Below are positions 43,495 through 55,749 of a DNA stretch of 64,000 bases, one piece after another. This stretch comes from an uncultured Candidatus Binatia bacterium (GTDB taxonomy: Bacteria; Desulfobacterota; Binatia; UBA9968; JAJDTQ01), in NCBI GenBank assembly GCA_965215605.1, contig OZ244070.1:1600001-1664000 (forward strand). Reading direction: 5' to 3'. Both the position numbers and the translations under genes were made by a program. The notes under the pieces are model-generated. The model was not told where the DNA came from and did no database searches. It saw only the letters and a list, made by a program, of their open reading frames with translations. The number at the start of each line of letters is the position of its first letter. The first letter of the stretch is position 1.

Positions 43495-44691
43495 TCAGAG
43501 GCTCTTGATCTGGTCCAGGTAGCCGTCGTAGTTGCGAGTGATTTCTGCCAGCGAATCGCCGCCGAACTTCTCCAGGAACGCCCGCGCCAACTCGAAGGAG
43601 ACGATGGCCTCGCCGATAACGGCCGCCGCCGGCGCGGAGCAGACGTCCGAACGCTCCACCGAGGCGTCCTCGGGCTGCTTGGTGTCGAGATTCACCGACT
43701 GGAGCGGGCTCATGAGGGTGGAAATGGGCTTCATCGCCACCCGGACGACCAGCGGAGCGCCGGTGGTCATGCCGCCTTCCACCCCGCCCGAGTTGTTGCT
43801 GCCGCGATAGAAATCGGTGGGCTGCATGCGCGGCCTGGTATCGGAGACCATGTGCTGCGGGTCGAAGAAGATCTCGTCGTGCACCTCGGACCCGCGCCGC
43901 ATGGCCACGTCGAAACCGCGCCCGAACTCCACCCCCTTCATGGCCTGGATGCTCATGAGGCTCTGGGCCAGCCGCCCGTCGAGCTTGCGGTCCCAATGGA
44001 CGTGGCTTCCCAGGCCCGGCGGAACCCCGGTGGCCACCACTTCGAAGACGCCGCCCAGGGTGTTCCCTTCCTTCTTGCACGCGTCGATGAGCTCGATGGC
44101 CTTCTTCTCGGCCTCCGGATCCGCCATGCGCACGGGGGAGTTCTCCGCCAACTCGAAGATCTCGTCGTAGCTCTTCCCCTCCACGTCCGCCTCGATGCCG
44201 CCGAGAGAGCGAAGGTAGCCCCGCACCTTGACCGAGAACGGCTCGACGAGCTGCCTGCAGAAGGAGCCCACCGCCACCCGGGACACGGTCTCGCGGGCGC
44301 TGGCGCGCTCCAGGATGTTACGGATGTCCGAGTGGCCGTACTTCAAGATGCCGGTGAGGTCCGCGTGGCCCGGACGGGGCTTCTTGACCGGAATGGCCTG
44401 GCCGTCGTGCTCCGCGTACGGCGACATCTTCTTGGTCCAGTTCTTCCAGTCGCGGTTGTCGATGCCGAAGGTCACCGGCGAGCCCAGGGTCCTGCCCCAC
44501 CGGAGCCCGGACCGTACCTGCACCTCATCCTTCTCGATGAGCATCCGGCCGCCACGGCCGTAACCCTGCTGCCGCCGCCAGAGATCGTGGTTGACCTTTT
44601 CGATGTCGATGTCGAACCCCGCGGGCACGCCCTCGATGATGGTCGTGAGGCACGGGCCGTGGGATTCTCCTGCGGTGAAATAGCGCAACAT
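43495..44691 (-). CDS. aroC: chorismate synthase
   Basis: TAGESHG, RRQQGYGRG, PRPGHAD, ERASARET, MKPISTL, ERSD; ATG at 44691. Confidence 0.96.
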   Translation of the reverse strand: MLRYFTAGESHGPCLTTIIEGVPAGFDIDIEKVNHDLWRRQQGYGRGGRMLIEKDEVQVRSGLRWGRTLGSPVTFGIDNRDWKNWTKKMSPYAEHDGQAIPVKKPRPGHADLTGILKYGHSDIRNILERASARETVSRVAVGSFCRQLVEPFSVKVRGYLRSLGGIEADVEGKSYDEIFELAENSPVRMADPEAEKKAIELIDACKKEGNTLGGVFEVVATGVPPGLGSHVHWDRKLDGRLAQSLMSIQAMKGVEFGRGFDVAMRRGSEVHDEIFFDPQHMVSDTRPRMQPTDFYRGSNNSGGVEGGMTTGAPLVVRVAMKPISTLMSPLQSVNLDTKQPEDASVERSDVCSAPAAAVIGEAIVSFELARAFLEKFGGDSLAEITRNYDGYLDQIKSL

Positions 44692-44871
44692 GTTCCACAT
44701 CTTAGCCGAAATCCACGCCCCCGGCCAGCGTACCGGGTTCGGGCCGGATCGGATCCGTGTACTTGCGGTGTGAAGCGAGCAGGTCAGGACTTGACGCCGC
44801 ACGGGCGTGAAGGCGGCGCGCCCAGCTTCGAACGGCCGCCTGATTGTTCGATTTGACGACGAGCGCGGCGG

Positions 44872-45282
44872 TCAGCGCTGACCGGCCGTTTCGAGCCTGA
44901 GGAGTGCGCGCTCAAGGGCGGCTTCCGCCGCCGCCAGCGCCTCTTCGTCCGCGTTGTCGCGGTCTTCGAGGGTGCGTTCGGCTCTTGCCCGGGCGGTCTC
45001 GGCCCGGGCGGCATCGATCTCGGCGGGAAACTCGGCGGCGTTGGCCAGTACGGTGACCACGTTGTCGAGCACCTCGGCGTAGCCGCCGGTCAGCGTGATG
45101 ACGGAGTTGGAGCCGGACTTCTTGTAGCCGAGTTGGCCGATGTCCAGGGTGGTCATCAGCGCGGCGTGGTCGGGCAGGATACCGAGCTGGCCCAGGGGAC
45201 CGGGCGCGGTCAACTCGTCCACCTGCTCTTCGAGCACCAGACGCACCGGAGTGACGACTCTCAGTGAAATGCTGCCGGCCAT
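44872..45282 (-). CDS. atpC: ATP synthase epsilon subunit
   Basis: VVTP, GQLGILPDHA, GGYAEV. Confidence 0.93.
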   Translation of the reverse strand: MAGSISLRVVTPVRLVLEEQVDELTAPGPLGQLGILPDHAALMTTLDIGQLGYKKSGSNSVITLTGGYAEVLDNVVTVLANAAEFPAEIDAARAETARARAERTLEDRDNADEEALAAAEAALERALLRLETAGQR

Positions 45283-45285
45283 GAC

Positions 45286-47614
<2,329 letters not shown>

Positions 47615-49123
47615 TTACGCTTCAAACTGTTGGTTGAATTCCTTCAGCACCGTCTCCACCTGCCCCTTGATGTCATCGTCGATCTGGCGCTTCTCCGCGA
47701 TGGCCGGGAACAGGTCCGGGTGTTTCGCTTCCGCGAACTCGAACAGCTCGTTCTGGTATCGTTGCAGGTCCTCGGGGGCGACCTGGTCGACGAAGCCGTT
47801 GGTGCCGGCGTAGATGATGAACACCTGCTTCTCCACCGGCATGGGCTGATACTGCCCCTGCTTGAGGATCTCCACCAGCCGGCTGCCGCGGGCGATCTGC
47901 CGCTGGGTGGCCACGTCGAGGTCCGACCCGAACTGGGCGAAGGCCGCCATCTCGCGGTACTGGGCAAGGTCCAGCCGAAGCCCGCCGGCCACCTGCTTCA
48001 TGGCCCGGATCTGCGCATTGCCGCCGACACGGGACACCGACAGGCCGACGTTGATGGCCGGACGGACGCCCGAGTAGAAGAGGTCCGTCTCCAGATAGAT
48101 CTGGCCGTCGGTGATGGAGATGACGTTGGTGGGGACGTAGGCGGAGACGTCGCCCGCCTGGGTTTCGATGATCGGCAACGCCGTCAGCGAGCCGCCGCCG
48201 TTGTCGTCGCTCATCTTGGCCGCGCGCTCCAGCAGCCGTGAATGCAGGTAGAAGACGTCGCCCGGAAAGGCTTCGCGGCCCGGCGGGCGCCGCAGCAGCA
48301 GCGAGAGCTGGCGGTAGGCCACCGCGTGCTTCGAGAGGTCGTCGTAGATGACCAGCGCGTGGCCGCCGTTGTCCCGGATGTGCTCGCCCATGGTGCAGCC
48401 GCTGTAGGGAGCGATGTACTGGAGCGGAGCCGACTCCGAGGCGGTGGCCGCCACCACGATGGTGTACTCCATGGCGCCGTACTGCCTGAGCTGGTCCACC
48501 ACCTGGGCCACGGTGGAGCGCTTCTGGCCCACCGCCACGTAGATGCAGGTGACGTCGCCGCCCTTCTGGTTGATGATGGTGTCCAGGCAGACCGCGGTCT
48601 TGCCGGTCTGGCGGTCGCCGATGATGAGCTCCCGCTGGCCCCTCCCGATGGGGATCATGGAGTCGATGGCCTTGAGCCCGGTCTGGAGCGGCTGCGTCAC
48701 CGGCTGCCGCGCGACGATGCCCGGAGCCTTGAGCTCGATGCGGCGCCGTTCCGTGGTCTCGATGGGGCCCCGGCCGTCGAGGGGCTCTCCGAGCGGCGAA
48801 ACCACCCGGCCCTTGAGCGCGTCGCCGACGGGGACCTCGACGATGCGGCCGGTGCGGTTGACCCGGTCGCCCTCCTTGATGAGGTGCGACTCGCCGAACA
48901 GCGCCGCGCCGACGTTGTCCTCCTCCAGGTTCAGCGCCATGCCGAAGACGTTGTTGGGAAACTCCAGGAGTTCTCCGGCCGCGGCGTTGTCCAAGCCGAA
49001 GATGCGGGCGATGCCGTCGCCGGTGGACAAGACGGTGCCGACCTCCTCGACCTTGACGCCCTTGTCGTAGTCTTCGATCTGCTTCTTGATGATGCTGGTA
49101 ATTTCGGCGGTGCCGATTTCCAT
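47615..49123 (-). CDS. atpA: ATP synthase alpha subunit
   Basis: [31 protein letters not shown]. Confidence 0.97.
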   Translation of the reverse strand: MEIGTAEITSIIKKQIEDYDKGVKVEEVGTVLSTGDGIARIFGLDNAAAGELLEFPNNVFGMALNLEEDNVGAALFGESHLIKEGDRVNRTGRIVEVPVGDALKGRVVSPLGEPLDGRGPIETTERRRIELKAPGIVARQPVTQPLQTGLKAIDSMIPIGRGQRELIIGDRQTGKTAVCLDTIINQKGGDVTCIYVAVGQKRSTVAQVVDQLRQYGAMEYTIVVAATASESAPLQYIAPYSGCTMGEHIRDNGGHALVIYDDLSKHAVAYRQLSLLLRRPPGREAFPGDVFYLHSRLLERAAKMSDDNGGGSLTALPIIETQAGDVSAYVPTNVISITDGQIYLETDLFYSGVRPAINVGLSVSRVGGNAQIRAMKQVAGGLRLDLAQYREMAAFAQFGSDLDVATQRQIARGSRLVEILKQGQYQPMPVEKQVFIIYAGTNGFVDQVAPEDLQRYQNELFEFAEAKHPDLFPAIAEKRQIDDDIKGQVETVLKEFNQQFEA

Positions 49124-49160
49124 GGCTCGCTCCTGAACTGGTGTACTGTCTCCGCGATAC

Positions 49161-49181
49161 GGGCGGGCTGGAAACCCGCCC
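49161..49181. repeat. REP-like palindrome, family B, copy in atpH-atpA spacer
   Basis: GGGCGGG-CTGGAAA-CCCGCCC; related to 55696-55716 and, more loosely, to 46729-46749. Confidence 0.6.
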
Positions 49182-49247
49182 CTCCATGCGTGCTCTCTCC
49201 GTCACGCGCGCTCGCTCGCTCGAACCCCGACCTCGCGGGTCCCCGCG

Positions 49248-49784
49248 CTAGTAGGTCCGTTCGATGTTCTTCCTGAGACTCGATAGCTGCGTCCGCACGC
49301 TCCCGTCGTAGACCTTGCCGCCCACCTCTACGATGATGCCGCCGATGATTCCCGAGTCCACTTCTTCCGTGAGAAGGGCGGTCTTGCCGGTCATTTCGCC
49401 GACCACCGCCGCCAGACTGATTCGCTGATCTTCGCCGAGGGCCTGCGGCACGACGACCGTGGCGTTCACCCGGCCCGCCGAATCGTCCAGCAACCTGTGG
49501 TAGTGGCGCGCGATGGAGGGCAGCCCGTCCAGGCGGTCCCGTGTGACCAACAGCGAAAGGAAGTTGGTGGTCAGGTCCGAGAGGCCCAAGCGTCCGGCCA
49601 ACTCCACCACGATATTCTTGCGGCGGTCCTGGTCGAAAGCAGGGTTGCCCAATACCTTCTTGAGGTCGGGGTCCCCGTACACGTCGAGAAACCCGTCGAG
49701 CTCGGCCCCGACGGCCTCCTCCCGGCCGGCGGCGAGCTCGAAAACGGCTCTTGCGTAACGGCGGCTCAGTTTTCCTTCGATCAT
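49248..49784 (-). CDS. atpH: ATP synthase delta subunit
   Basis: RRYARAVF, IIGGIIV..GGKVYDGSV. Confidence 0.93.
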   Translation of the reverse strand: MIEGKLSRRYARAVFELAAGREEAVGAELDGFLDVYGDPDLKKVLGNPAFDQDRRKNIVVELAGRLGLSDLTTNFLSLLVTRDRLDGLPSIARHYHRLLDDSAGRVNATVVVPQALGEDQRISLAAVVGEMTGKTALLTEEVDSGIIGGIIVEVGGKVYDGSVRTQLSSLRKNIERTY

Positions 49785-49854
49785 CGGTTATGAACCCGGT
49801 TTTCCTGGCCTGATCGGCACGGCTTCGCGTTCCCAACAGGGACCCGCACCGGCG

Positions 49855-50397
49855 TCAGAGTTCCTGTATCTGCCCCGAGAAACTCTCCACCATGCGCGCC
49901 TGGTCGGCCGCCGCCATGTGCTGCCGGATCACCCGTTCCGCGGCGGCCTCCGCCAGCAGCGCCATCTCTCCGCGAATCTGCTGCCGCGCCATTTTGACCT
50001 CCTGTTCGGCCAGGAAATCAGCGTCGGCCTTGAGCTTCGCGGCCGACTCTTCCGCGGCGGCGACGATCCGTTCCCGTTCACGCTCGCCCTCGGCCCTCAA
50101 CTCCATCCGGATCCGTTCGCATTCATCGTCGAGGACTTCCAGCAATTCCCGATACTTGCGGACGTAACCCTCAGCGTCGCCCTTGGCCTGCTGTGCCGTC
50201 GCCACGGATTCGACGAGTCCCTGGCGACGCTGCTCAAGGTGCTGCTTTATCAGCGGAAGGCCATAGCGCTTGACCAGGAAGGCAAAGATCAGGAAGTTGA
50301 CCAAGGGAAAGATCAACTCCGTGATGGAGGGGACGTGGCCCTCGCCAGCGGTTGCGGCCCATGCCGCAGGGACCAGCATGTCGGTCAAAAAGGTCAT
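49855..50397 (-). CDS. atpF: ATP synthase b subunit
   Basis: VNFLIF TM followed by a long coiled coil; upstream of atpH. Confidence 0.88.
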   Translation of the reverse strand: MTFLTDMLVPAAWAATAGEGHVPSITELIFPLVNFLIFAFLVKRYGLPLIKQHLEQRRQGLVESVATAQQAKGDAEGYVRKYRELLEVLDDECERIRMELRAEGERERERIVAAAEESAAKLKADADFLAEQEVKMARQQIRGEMALLAEAAAERVIRQHMAAADQARMVESFSGQIQEL

Positions 50398-50822
50398 GAC
50401 AGCTTCCGGCCCAGGACCTTCTCCGCCATTTCCTCCGCCAGCGCATCGGCGTTGGCCGAGGCGACGCGGCGCGCCGCGTCCAGTTCCTTCTGGACCTCTT
50501 CGCGAATCTCCTGGATCTTCTGGGCGGCGGCGTCACGCCCTTGGGAGAGAATAGCGTTGCGGGCTCTGAACGCCTCCTCCCGGATCTCGCCCTTGATGGC
50601 TTCTCCCTCGGCCCTCGCCTTGGCGATGGCGGCGTCGTACCGCTCCTGCAGCTCTTTCCCCTCCTCGACCAAGGAGCGGGCTTCCGCGTGGGCGCCGTCG
50701 GTCCTGCGCTCCCGTTCCGCCATCAAACGTCCCACGGGCCCGAACAGCACCCGGCGGAGAATGCTCCAGAGGATCAGGAACAGGACAACTTGGGCCACCA
50801 AGGAATAGTCTATGCTGATCAT
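50394..50822 (-). CDS. ATP synthase b' subunit
   Basis: MISIDYSLVAQVVLF..LFGPV..MAERE, ending KVLGR; the second b-type subunit. Confidence 0.88.
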   Translation of the reverse strand: MISIDYSLVAQVVLFLILWSILRRVLFGPVGRLMAERERRTDGAHAEARSLVEEGKELQERYDAAIAKARAEGEAIKGEIREEAFRARNAILSQGRDAAAQKIQEIREEVQKELDAARRVASANADALAEEMAEKVLGRKLS

Positions 50823-51106
50823 GCTTCGCGTTCGGTGTTGATGACGCCGGACTCGGACGGAGCCCCGGTCATCGAAGATTCGGAGATGGGGTGAACCGAG
50901 ATGTCGTCAGTTGGCTTCTATAAGTTTTTCCTTCCCGGTTTGGCCGGTTACGTCTCGCCGTGATCGCGCTTCGACGTCCCGACAAAGGAAAACTTTTGAA
51001 AATCTGCCCGGTTACACGGATTCGCGACCCTGTACGGCCACGCCTGAAGGGGCTCTGCTTGCAGTCCGAGGATAGGCAACCTCTTTCAACTGCAACCACG
51101 GACAGG

Positions 51107-51135
51107 TCTATAGCACTCACATCTGTGCTTGTCAA
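51107..51135 (-). promoter_or_regulatory. sigma70 promoter of the atp operon
   Basis: TTGACA (51135-51130), 17 nt, TATAGA (51112-51107), with an extended TG. Confidence 0.75.
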
Positions 51136-51155
51136 AGAGACAACCACCTTGTGGT

Positions 51156-52046
51156 TTACCGAGGGACACCCTGCGAGCCGCCGCTACCCTGTCCCATCAT
51201 CATGCTCGTAATCCGGTCCAGGTCGTCCTGCGAATAGTACTCGATTTCCAGCTTCCCCTTGTCGCCGCCGGCCCGCTGCGTGAGGCGGACCCGGGTGCCC
51301 AGGCGGCGCTGCAGTGTTTCGATAAGGTGGGCCAGATCGGGGTCCGGACGGCGGTCGCTGCTGGTCCGCCTGGGGGTGTTCAGCCGTTTCACGAGGGCCT
51401 CGGTGTCGCGGGTGGACAGCTCCCTGGCCATCACCTCGCGCGCGGCGGCCGCCATCATCGACCGGTCCTTCAGTCCGAGCAGCGCCCGGGCCTGCCCGGC
51501 AGCCAACTCGCCGCGGGAGACATGCTCCTTGATCGGGTCGGGCAGGGACAGGAGCCTCAGCGAGTTGGCCACCGCGGACCGGCTCCTGCCGACCCTTTCC
51601 GCCACCTGTTCCTGGGTCAGGTTGAACTGCTCCTGCAACTCGGCGAAGGCCGCCGCTTCCTCGACGGGATTCAGATCCTCACGCTGGAGGTTCTCGATCA
51701 GGGCCAGCAGCAGCGAGCTCGGATCTGCTGTTTCATGAATGATAATCGGCACTTCCGAAAGCCCCAGCCTTTGCGCGGCACGCAAGCGACGCTCGCCCGC
51801 GATGAGTTCGTAGCCGCCGGCCGTGGCCCGGACCACTAGCGGCTGCAGCATGCCGCTCGCCTCGATGGAACTCGCCAGCTCGTCTATCTTCGCGTCGTCG
51901 AAGATCCGCCGCGGCTGGTTCGGATTCGGGACGATCAACGATGGGGCGACCGCCGTCGGGGAAGCCTCCGGGTCGGTATCCTGGACGACCGGCTCCTTGC
52001 CCGGCAGGAGGGCATCGAGACCGCGTCCCAGTCTATTCTTCTGCAT
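51156..52046 (-). CDS. parB: chromosome partitioning protein ParB
   Basis: [49 protein letters not shown]. Confidence 0.96.
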   Translation of the reverse strand: MQKNRLGRGLDALLPGKEPVVQDTDPEASPTAVAPSLIVPNPNQPRRIFDDAKIDELASSIEASGMLQPLVVRATAGGYELIAGERRLRAAQRLGLSEVPIIIHETADPSSLLLALIENLQREDLNPVEEAAAFAELQEQFNLTQEQVAERVGRSRSAVANSLRLLSLPDPIKEHVSRGELAAGQARALLGLKDRSMMAAAAREVMARELSTRDTEALVKRLNTPRRTSSDRRPDPDLAHLIETLQRRLGTRVRLTQRAGGDKGKLEIEYYSQDDLDRITSMMMGQGSGGSQGVPR

Positions 52047-52815
52047 GACTCCGCTCCTTTTGGCCCATCAATTCAGCGGCGAGGCTCAGGTAGCTCTGTG
52101 CCCCGGTCGAGCGGGCATCGTAGAGCAGTGCCGGCCTGCCATGGCTGGGACTCTCGCTAAGACGAACATTTCGCGGGATAACCGTGCGGAAGACACCGTC
52201 GGGGAAATGGTTGCGGACATCCTCCGCGACCTGGGCCGAGAGGTTGCTCCGGCCGTCGTACATGCAAAGAAGCACGCCCTCGAACTCCAGATGCTGGTTG
52301 TAGGATGCCTGGACTCGGTTCATGGTGTCGAGGACCGCGCTCAAGCCCTCAAGGGCGTAATACTCGCACTGCAGGGGGACCAGCAGCGAATCCGCCGCCG
52401 CCAGCGCATTGAGCGTGAGCAGGCCCAGGGACGGTGGACAATCCAGCAGAATGTAGTCGAAACGGTACTTGACGCTTTCCAGGGCTTGCCTCAACCGTCC
52501 AATGCGGTTCTCCATGTCAATCAACTGGAGTTCCGCGCTCACCAGGTCCCGGTTGGCGGGCAACAGGGACAGCGAAGGCATTTCCGTAGCGCAGAGCGCC
52601 TCGGTGACGAAGCAATTCTCAAGCATCACGTCGTAGACGCTCTTGTTGAGAGACCGGGGATCGACCCCGAAGCCCGTGGTGCTGTTTCCCTGCGGGTCCA
52701 GATCCACGAGCAGCGTCCTCTTCGTGGCGACAGCCAGGGATGCGCCGAGGTTCACCGCCGTGGTGGTCTTTCCGACGCCGCCCTTCTGATTGGCTATGGC
52801 GATTATCTTTCCCAA
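52033..52815 (-). CDS. parA: chromosome partitioning ATPase ParA/Soj
   Basis: [38 protein letters not shown]; TTG start. Confidence 0.96.
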   Translation of the reverse strand: MGKIIAIANQKGGVGKTTTAVNLGASLAVATKRTLLVDLDPQGNSTTGFGVDPRSLNKSVYDVMLENCFVTEALCATEMPSLSLLPANRDLVSAELQLIDMENRIGRLRQALESVKYRFDYILLDCPPSLGLLTLNALAAADSLLVPLQCEYYALEGLSAVLDTMNRVQASYNQHLEFEGVLLCMYDGRSNLSAQVAEDVRNHFPDGVFRTVIPRNVRLSESPSHGRPALLYDARSTGAQSYLSLAAELMGQKERSHAEE

Positions 52816-52894
52816 AACTCGTTATATTTCAGTATGTTATTAACTTGACAGCATTCTGATTTGTAACACGCCAGGGCTCGAAAAGGAAGCGCGG

Positions 52895-52910
52895 TGTTTC
52901 ACGTGAAACA
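52895..52910. promoter_or_regulatory. parS centromere site
   Basis: Perfect consensus palindrome TGTTTCACGTGAAACA upstream of parA. Confidence 0.95.
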
Positions 52911-52945
52911 TCGACACGGCGCCGAATCAGGCGTAATCACTTCTC

Positions 52946-53629
52946 TCAACATTGCTCCGACGTGGAGGACTTTTGGAACGTGAGCACTGTCCGGCGCTCA
53001 CCACCGAAGGGCAACTCGAAACGGATGCTTCTCTCCGCCGAGAGGCCACAGTCGGGCAGGTGTGATCGGACCTCATCCAGGACCGCGTTCCCCTTGGGCC
53101 CTTGCATGAGAACGGCTATGCCTCCGGGGACAAGGAGGTCTCCGCTGACCCTGAGGAACCCGCGAAGGTCCGAGAATCCACGGGTAATGGTTTCCGTCAT
53201 TTCCGGCAGTTTCCGATCGCGCAGGTTCTCGATGCGGTTCTCGATCACGTGGACGCCCGTCAGCTTCAGTTCACGCGCGACTTGCCTCAGGAAGTTCGCC
53301 CGCTTCCGGCGCGGCTCCAGAAGATACACGGGTTTGTCCGGAAGCGCGAGCTTGATGGGAATGCCAGGGAAACCCGCCCCGCTGCCGACGTCCAACAGGT
53401 TGCCGGCAGGACTCAACAACCGGACGACGGAAAGGGAGTCTATGAAGTGGAGCCGTACTACGCTCTCTTCTTCACGGATGGCAGTGAGGTTGAGCCGCGC
53501 GCTCCAGAACGAAAGCAGGGAAAGGTAGCAAGCGAACGCCCCGGTTTGAAGCGGTGACAGTTCGACATCAAAAGACCTTGCGCCCGAGATCAGTAGTCGC
53601 TCGTTGTTTGCTGGGTCTGTGACGGGCAC
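52946..53629 (-). CDS. rsmG: 16S rRNA m7G527 methyltransferase
   Basis: NLTAI, HFIDSL, DVGSGAGFPGIP. Confidence 0.93.
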   Translation of the reverse strand: MPVTDPANNERLLISGARSFDVELSPLQTGAFACYLSLLSFWSARLNLTAIREEESVVRLHFIDSLSVVRLLSPAGNLLDVGSGAGFPGIPIKLALPDKPVYLLEPRRKRANFLRQVARELKLTGVHVIENRIENLRDRKLPEMTETITRGFSDLRGFLRVSGDLLVPGGIAVLMQGPKGNAVLDEVRSHLPDCGLSAERSIRFELPFGGERRTVLTFQKSSTSEQC

Positions 53630-53653
53630 GAGTCCTGGGCCAGCCTCTCGCCG

Positions 53654-55552
53654 TCAGCCGGCCTTCTGCTTGTACAGGTAGAGCGAGAGCACGGAGATGG
53701 CCGCAGGCGTCACGCCGGAGATCCGGTAGGCCTGTCCCAGGGAACGGGGGCGAACGTGAGACAGCTTTTCCTTGATCTCGCGGGAGAGTCCGTTGACTTG
53801 CCCGTAGTCCAGGTCATCCGGAAGGGTGACGTTTTCCATCTTCTGGAACCGCTTGAGACCCTGAGCCTGCCGATCCACGTAACCGCTGTACTTTATTGAT
53901 ACTTCCACCTGAAGCGCCACATCCGAGGGCACCCCTTCGAGCTCAGGACCGAAGGACGTCAGGTCCGCGAAGGTAATCTCCGGACGGCGAAGCAGTTGCG
54001 CCAAGGTCGTGATGTTTCGGATGGGCGCCGTTTCGAGCGCTTGGAGCTGGGCCTGGACCGGCCGGGACGGATGGATACGGGCGGTCTCGAGTCGATGCGT
54101 CAATTCGGTGATCTGTTCCTGTTTCCGTGCGGTTCGCCCATGGGACTCCGGAGTGGCGAGCCCGATACGGTGGCCCAGCTCGGTAAGGCGCAGGTCGGCG
54201 TTGTCCTCACGCAGCAGCAACCGGTACTCGGCGCGGGAAGTGAACATCCGGTAGGGCTCGCCGTCGGTACCCTTGGTGACCAGGTCGTCGATGAGCACGC
54301 CGATGTAGGCTTGGTCACGGGAAAGAATCAACGGCTCCTGGCCCCGGAGGCTGAGACAGGCGTTGACGGCCGCCATCAAGCCTTGGCTGGCTGCCTCCTC
54401 GTATCCAGTGGTCCCGTTGATCTGCCCCGCAAGGTAGAGACCCCTGATAGCCTTGGTCTCCAGGGACGGTTTCAGTTGGGTGGGCTCCACGTAGTCGTAC
54501 TCGATGGCATAGCCCGGCCGCATGATCTCGGCCTCCTCCAGACCTTCGATGCTGTGGACCATGTCCACCTGCACGTCGAGCGGAAGGCTCGTGGAGATGC
54601 CGTTGGGGTAGACCTCCACCGTGTCGTAACCCTCGGGCTCGAGAAAGATCTGGTGCCTCTCTTTTTCGGCGAAACGCACCACCTTGTCTTCGATGGAGGG
54701 GCAGTAACGGGGTCCGCGACTCTTGATGACCCCGGAATACATGGGCGAGCGGTGGATGGCCGCCCGGATGATGTCGTGAGTGTTGGGGTTCGTGTACGTG
54801 ATGTGACAGGGAATCTGCGGCTGCTCGATCCTCTCCGTTCCGAAGGAGAACGGCGCCGGCGTCTCATCGCCGTACTGGACGGAAAGTCTCGAATAATCAA
54901 TGGTATGGGCGTTCAACCGCGGACACGTCCCGGTCTTCAGCCGTCCCAGCCGCAGGCCCAGCGCACTCAACGACCCGCTCAGGCCCTGGGCGGCGAAGTC
55001 CCCGGCGCGGCCGGCCGAGTAATTGCGGTCGCCTACGTGGATCAAACCCTGAAGGAAGGTCCCGGTGGTCAAGATGGTCCTTCTTGCTTCGAAGACCTCG
55101 CCCATCTGCGATTCGACGCCCGTGACGTGGCCATCCCGGCACAAGAGTGTCTCGACACTGGCCTGTTTGAGAGTCAGATTCTCGCAGTTCTCCACCACGC
55201 GCTTCATGCGCTGGCGGTAAAGAGCCTTGTCGGCCTGCGCCCGCGAGGCCCTGACGGCCGGCCCCTTCTTGGTATTCAGCATGCGAATCTGGATGCCGGT
55301 TTCGTCAATGGCCCGGGCCATTTCACCCCCGAGGGCATCGATCTCCTTGACGAGGTGACCTTTACCGATGCCGCCGATGGCGGGATTGCACGACATCTGC
55401 CCGATATGGTCGAGGTTGAGAGTCAACATCAAAGTGTCGAAGCCCATGCGAGCGGCCGCCAGAGAAGCTTCGATGCCCGCATGTCCGGCGCCGACCACAA
55501 TGACGTCGTAAACCTTGCCCTTTGCCTTATCCGATTGTTTCACGTGAAACAT
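53654..55552 (-). CDS. mnmG: tRNA uridine 5-carboxymethylaminomethyl modification enzyme (start ATG 55552 or GTG 55543)
   Basis: [39 protein letters not shown]. Confidence 0.97.
   Translation of the reverse strand: MFHVKQSDKAKGKVYDVIVVGAGHAGIEASLAAARMGFDTLMLTLNLDHIGQMSCNPAIGGIGKGHLVKEIDALGGEMARAIDETGIQIRMLNTKKGPAVRASRAQADKALYRQRMKRVVENCENLTLKQASVETLLCRDGHVTGVESQMGEVFEARRTILTTGTFLQGLIHVGDRNYSAGRAGDFAAQGLSGSLSALGLRLGRLKTGTCPRLNAHTIDYSRLSVQYGDETPAPFSFGTERIEQPQIPCHITYTNPNTHDIIRAAIHRSPMYSGVIKSRGPRYCPSIEDKVVRFAEKERHQIFLEPEGYDTVEVYPNGISTSLPLDVQVDMVHSIEGLEEAEIMRPGYAIEYDYVEPTQLKPSLETKAIRGLYLAGQINGTTGYEEAASQGLMAAVNACLSLRGQEPLILSRDQAYIGVLIDDLVTKGTDGEPYRMFTSRAEYRLLLREDNADLRLTELGHRIGLATPESHGRTARKQEQITELTHRLETARIHPSRPVQAQLQALETAPIRNITTLAQLLRRPEITFADLTSFGPELEGVPSDVALQVEVSIKYSGYVDRQAQGLKRFQKMENVTLPDDLDYGQVNGLSREIKEKLSHVRPRSLGQAYRISGVTPAAISVLSLYLYKQKAG
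55536..55551. promoter_or_regulatory. parS centromere site overlapping mnmG start
   Basis: Perfect TGTTTCACGTGAAACA. Confidence 0.95.
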
Positions 55553-55695
55553 CCTTCGCGGACTTCCCGATCATCACTCCAATACTGCCAAACGATTGTG
55601 CCAAATTTCCTGACGAACTTCCACGCGACGTAGCACAAAGACTGTCCCCGGGCGCCTGGTTGACTCCATACCGGACCAACGCGCCGCCCGGGCGC

Positions 55696-55716
55696 GGGCG
55701 GGTTTGAAGCCCACCC
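55696..55716. repeat. REP-like palindrome, family B, copy in mnmE-mnmG spacer
   Basis: GGGCGGG-TTTGAAG-CCCACCC. Confidence 0.55.
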
Positions 55717-55749
55717 GGGCACCTTTGTCTTCTACAGAACAGCCGCGTT

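Noticed and set aside
55594-55612. Sigma54-like promoter TGGCAC upstream of mnmG
   Set aside because: The -12 element reads TTTGG rather than TTGC at the required spacing.
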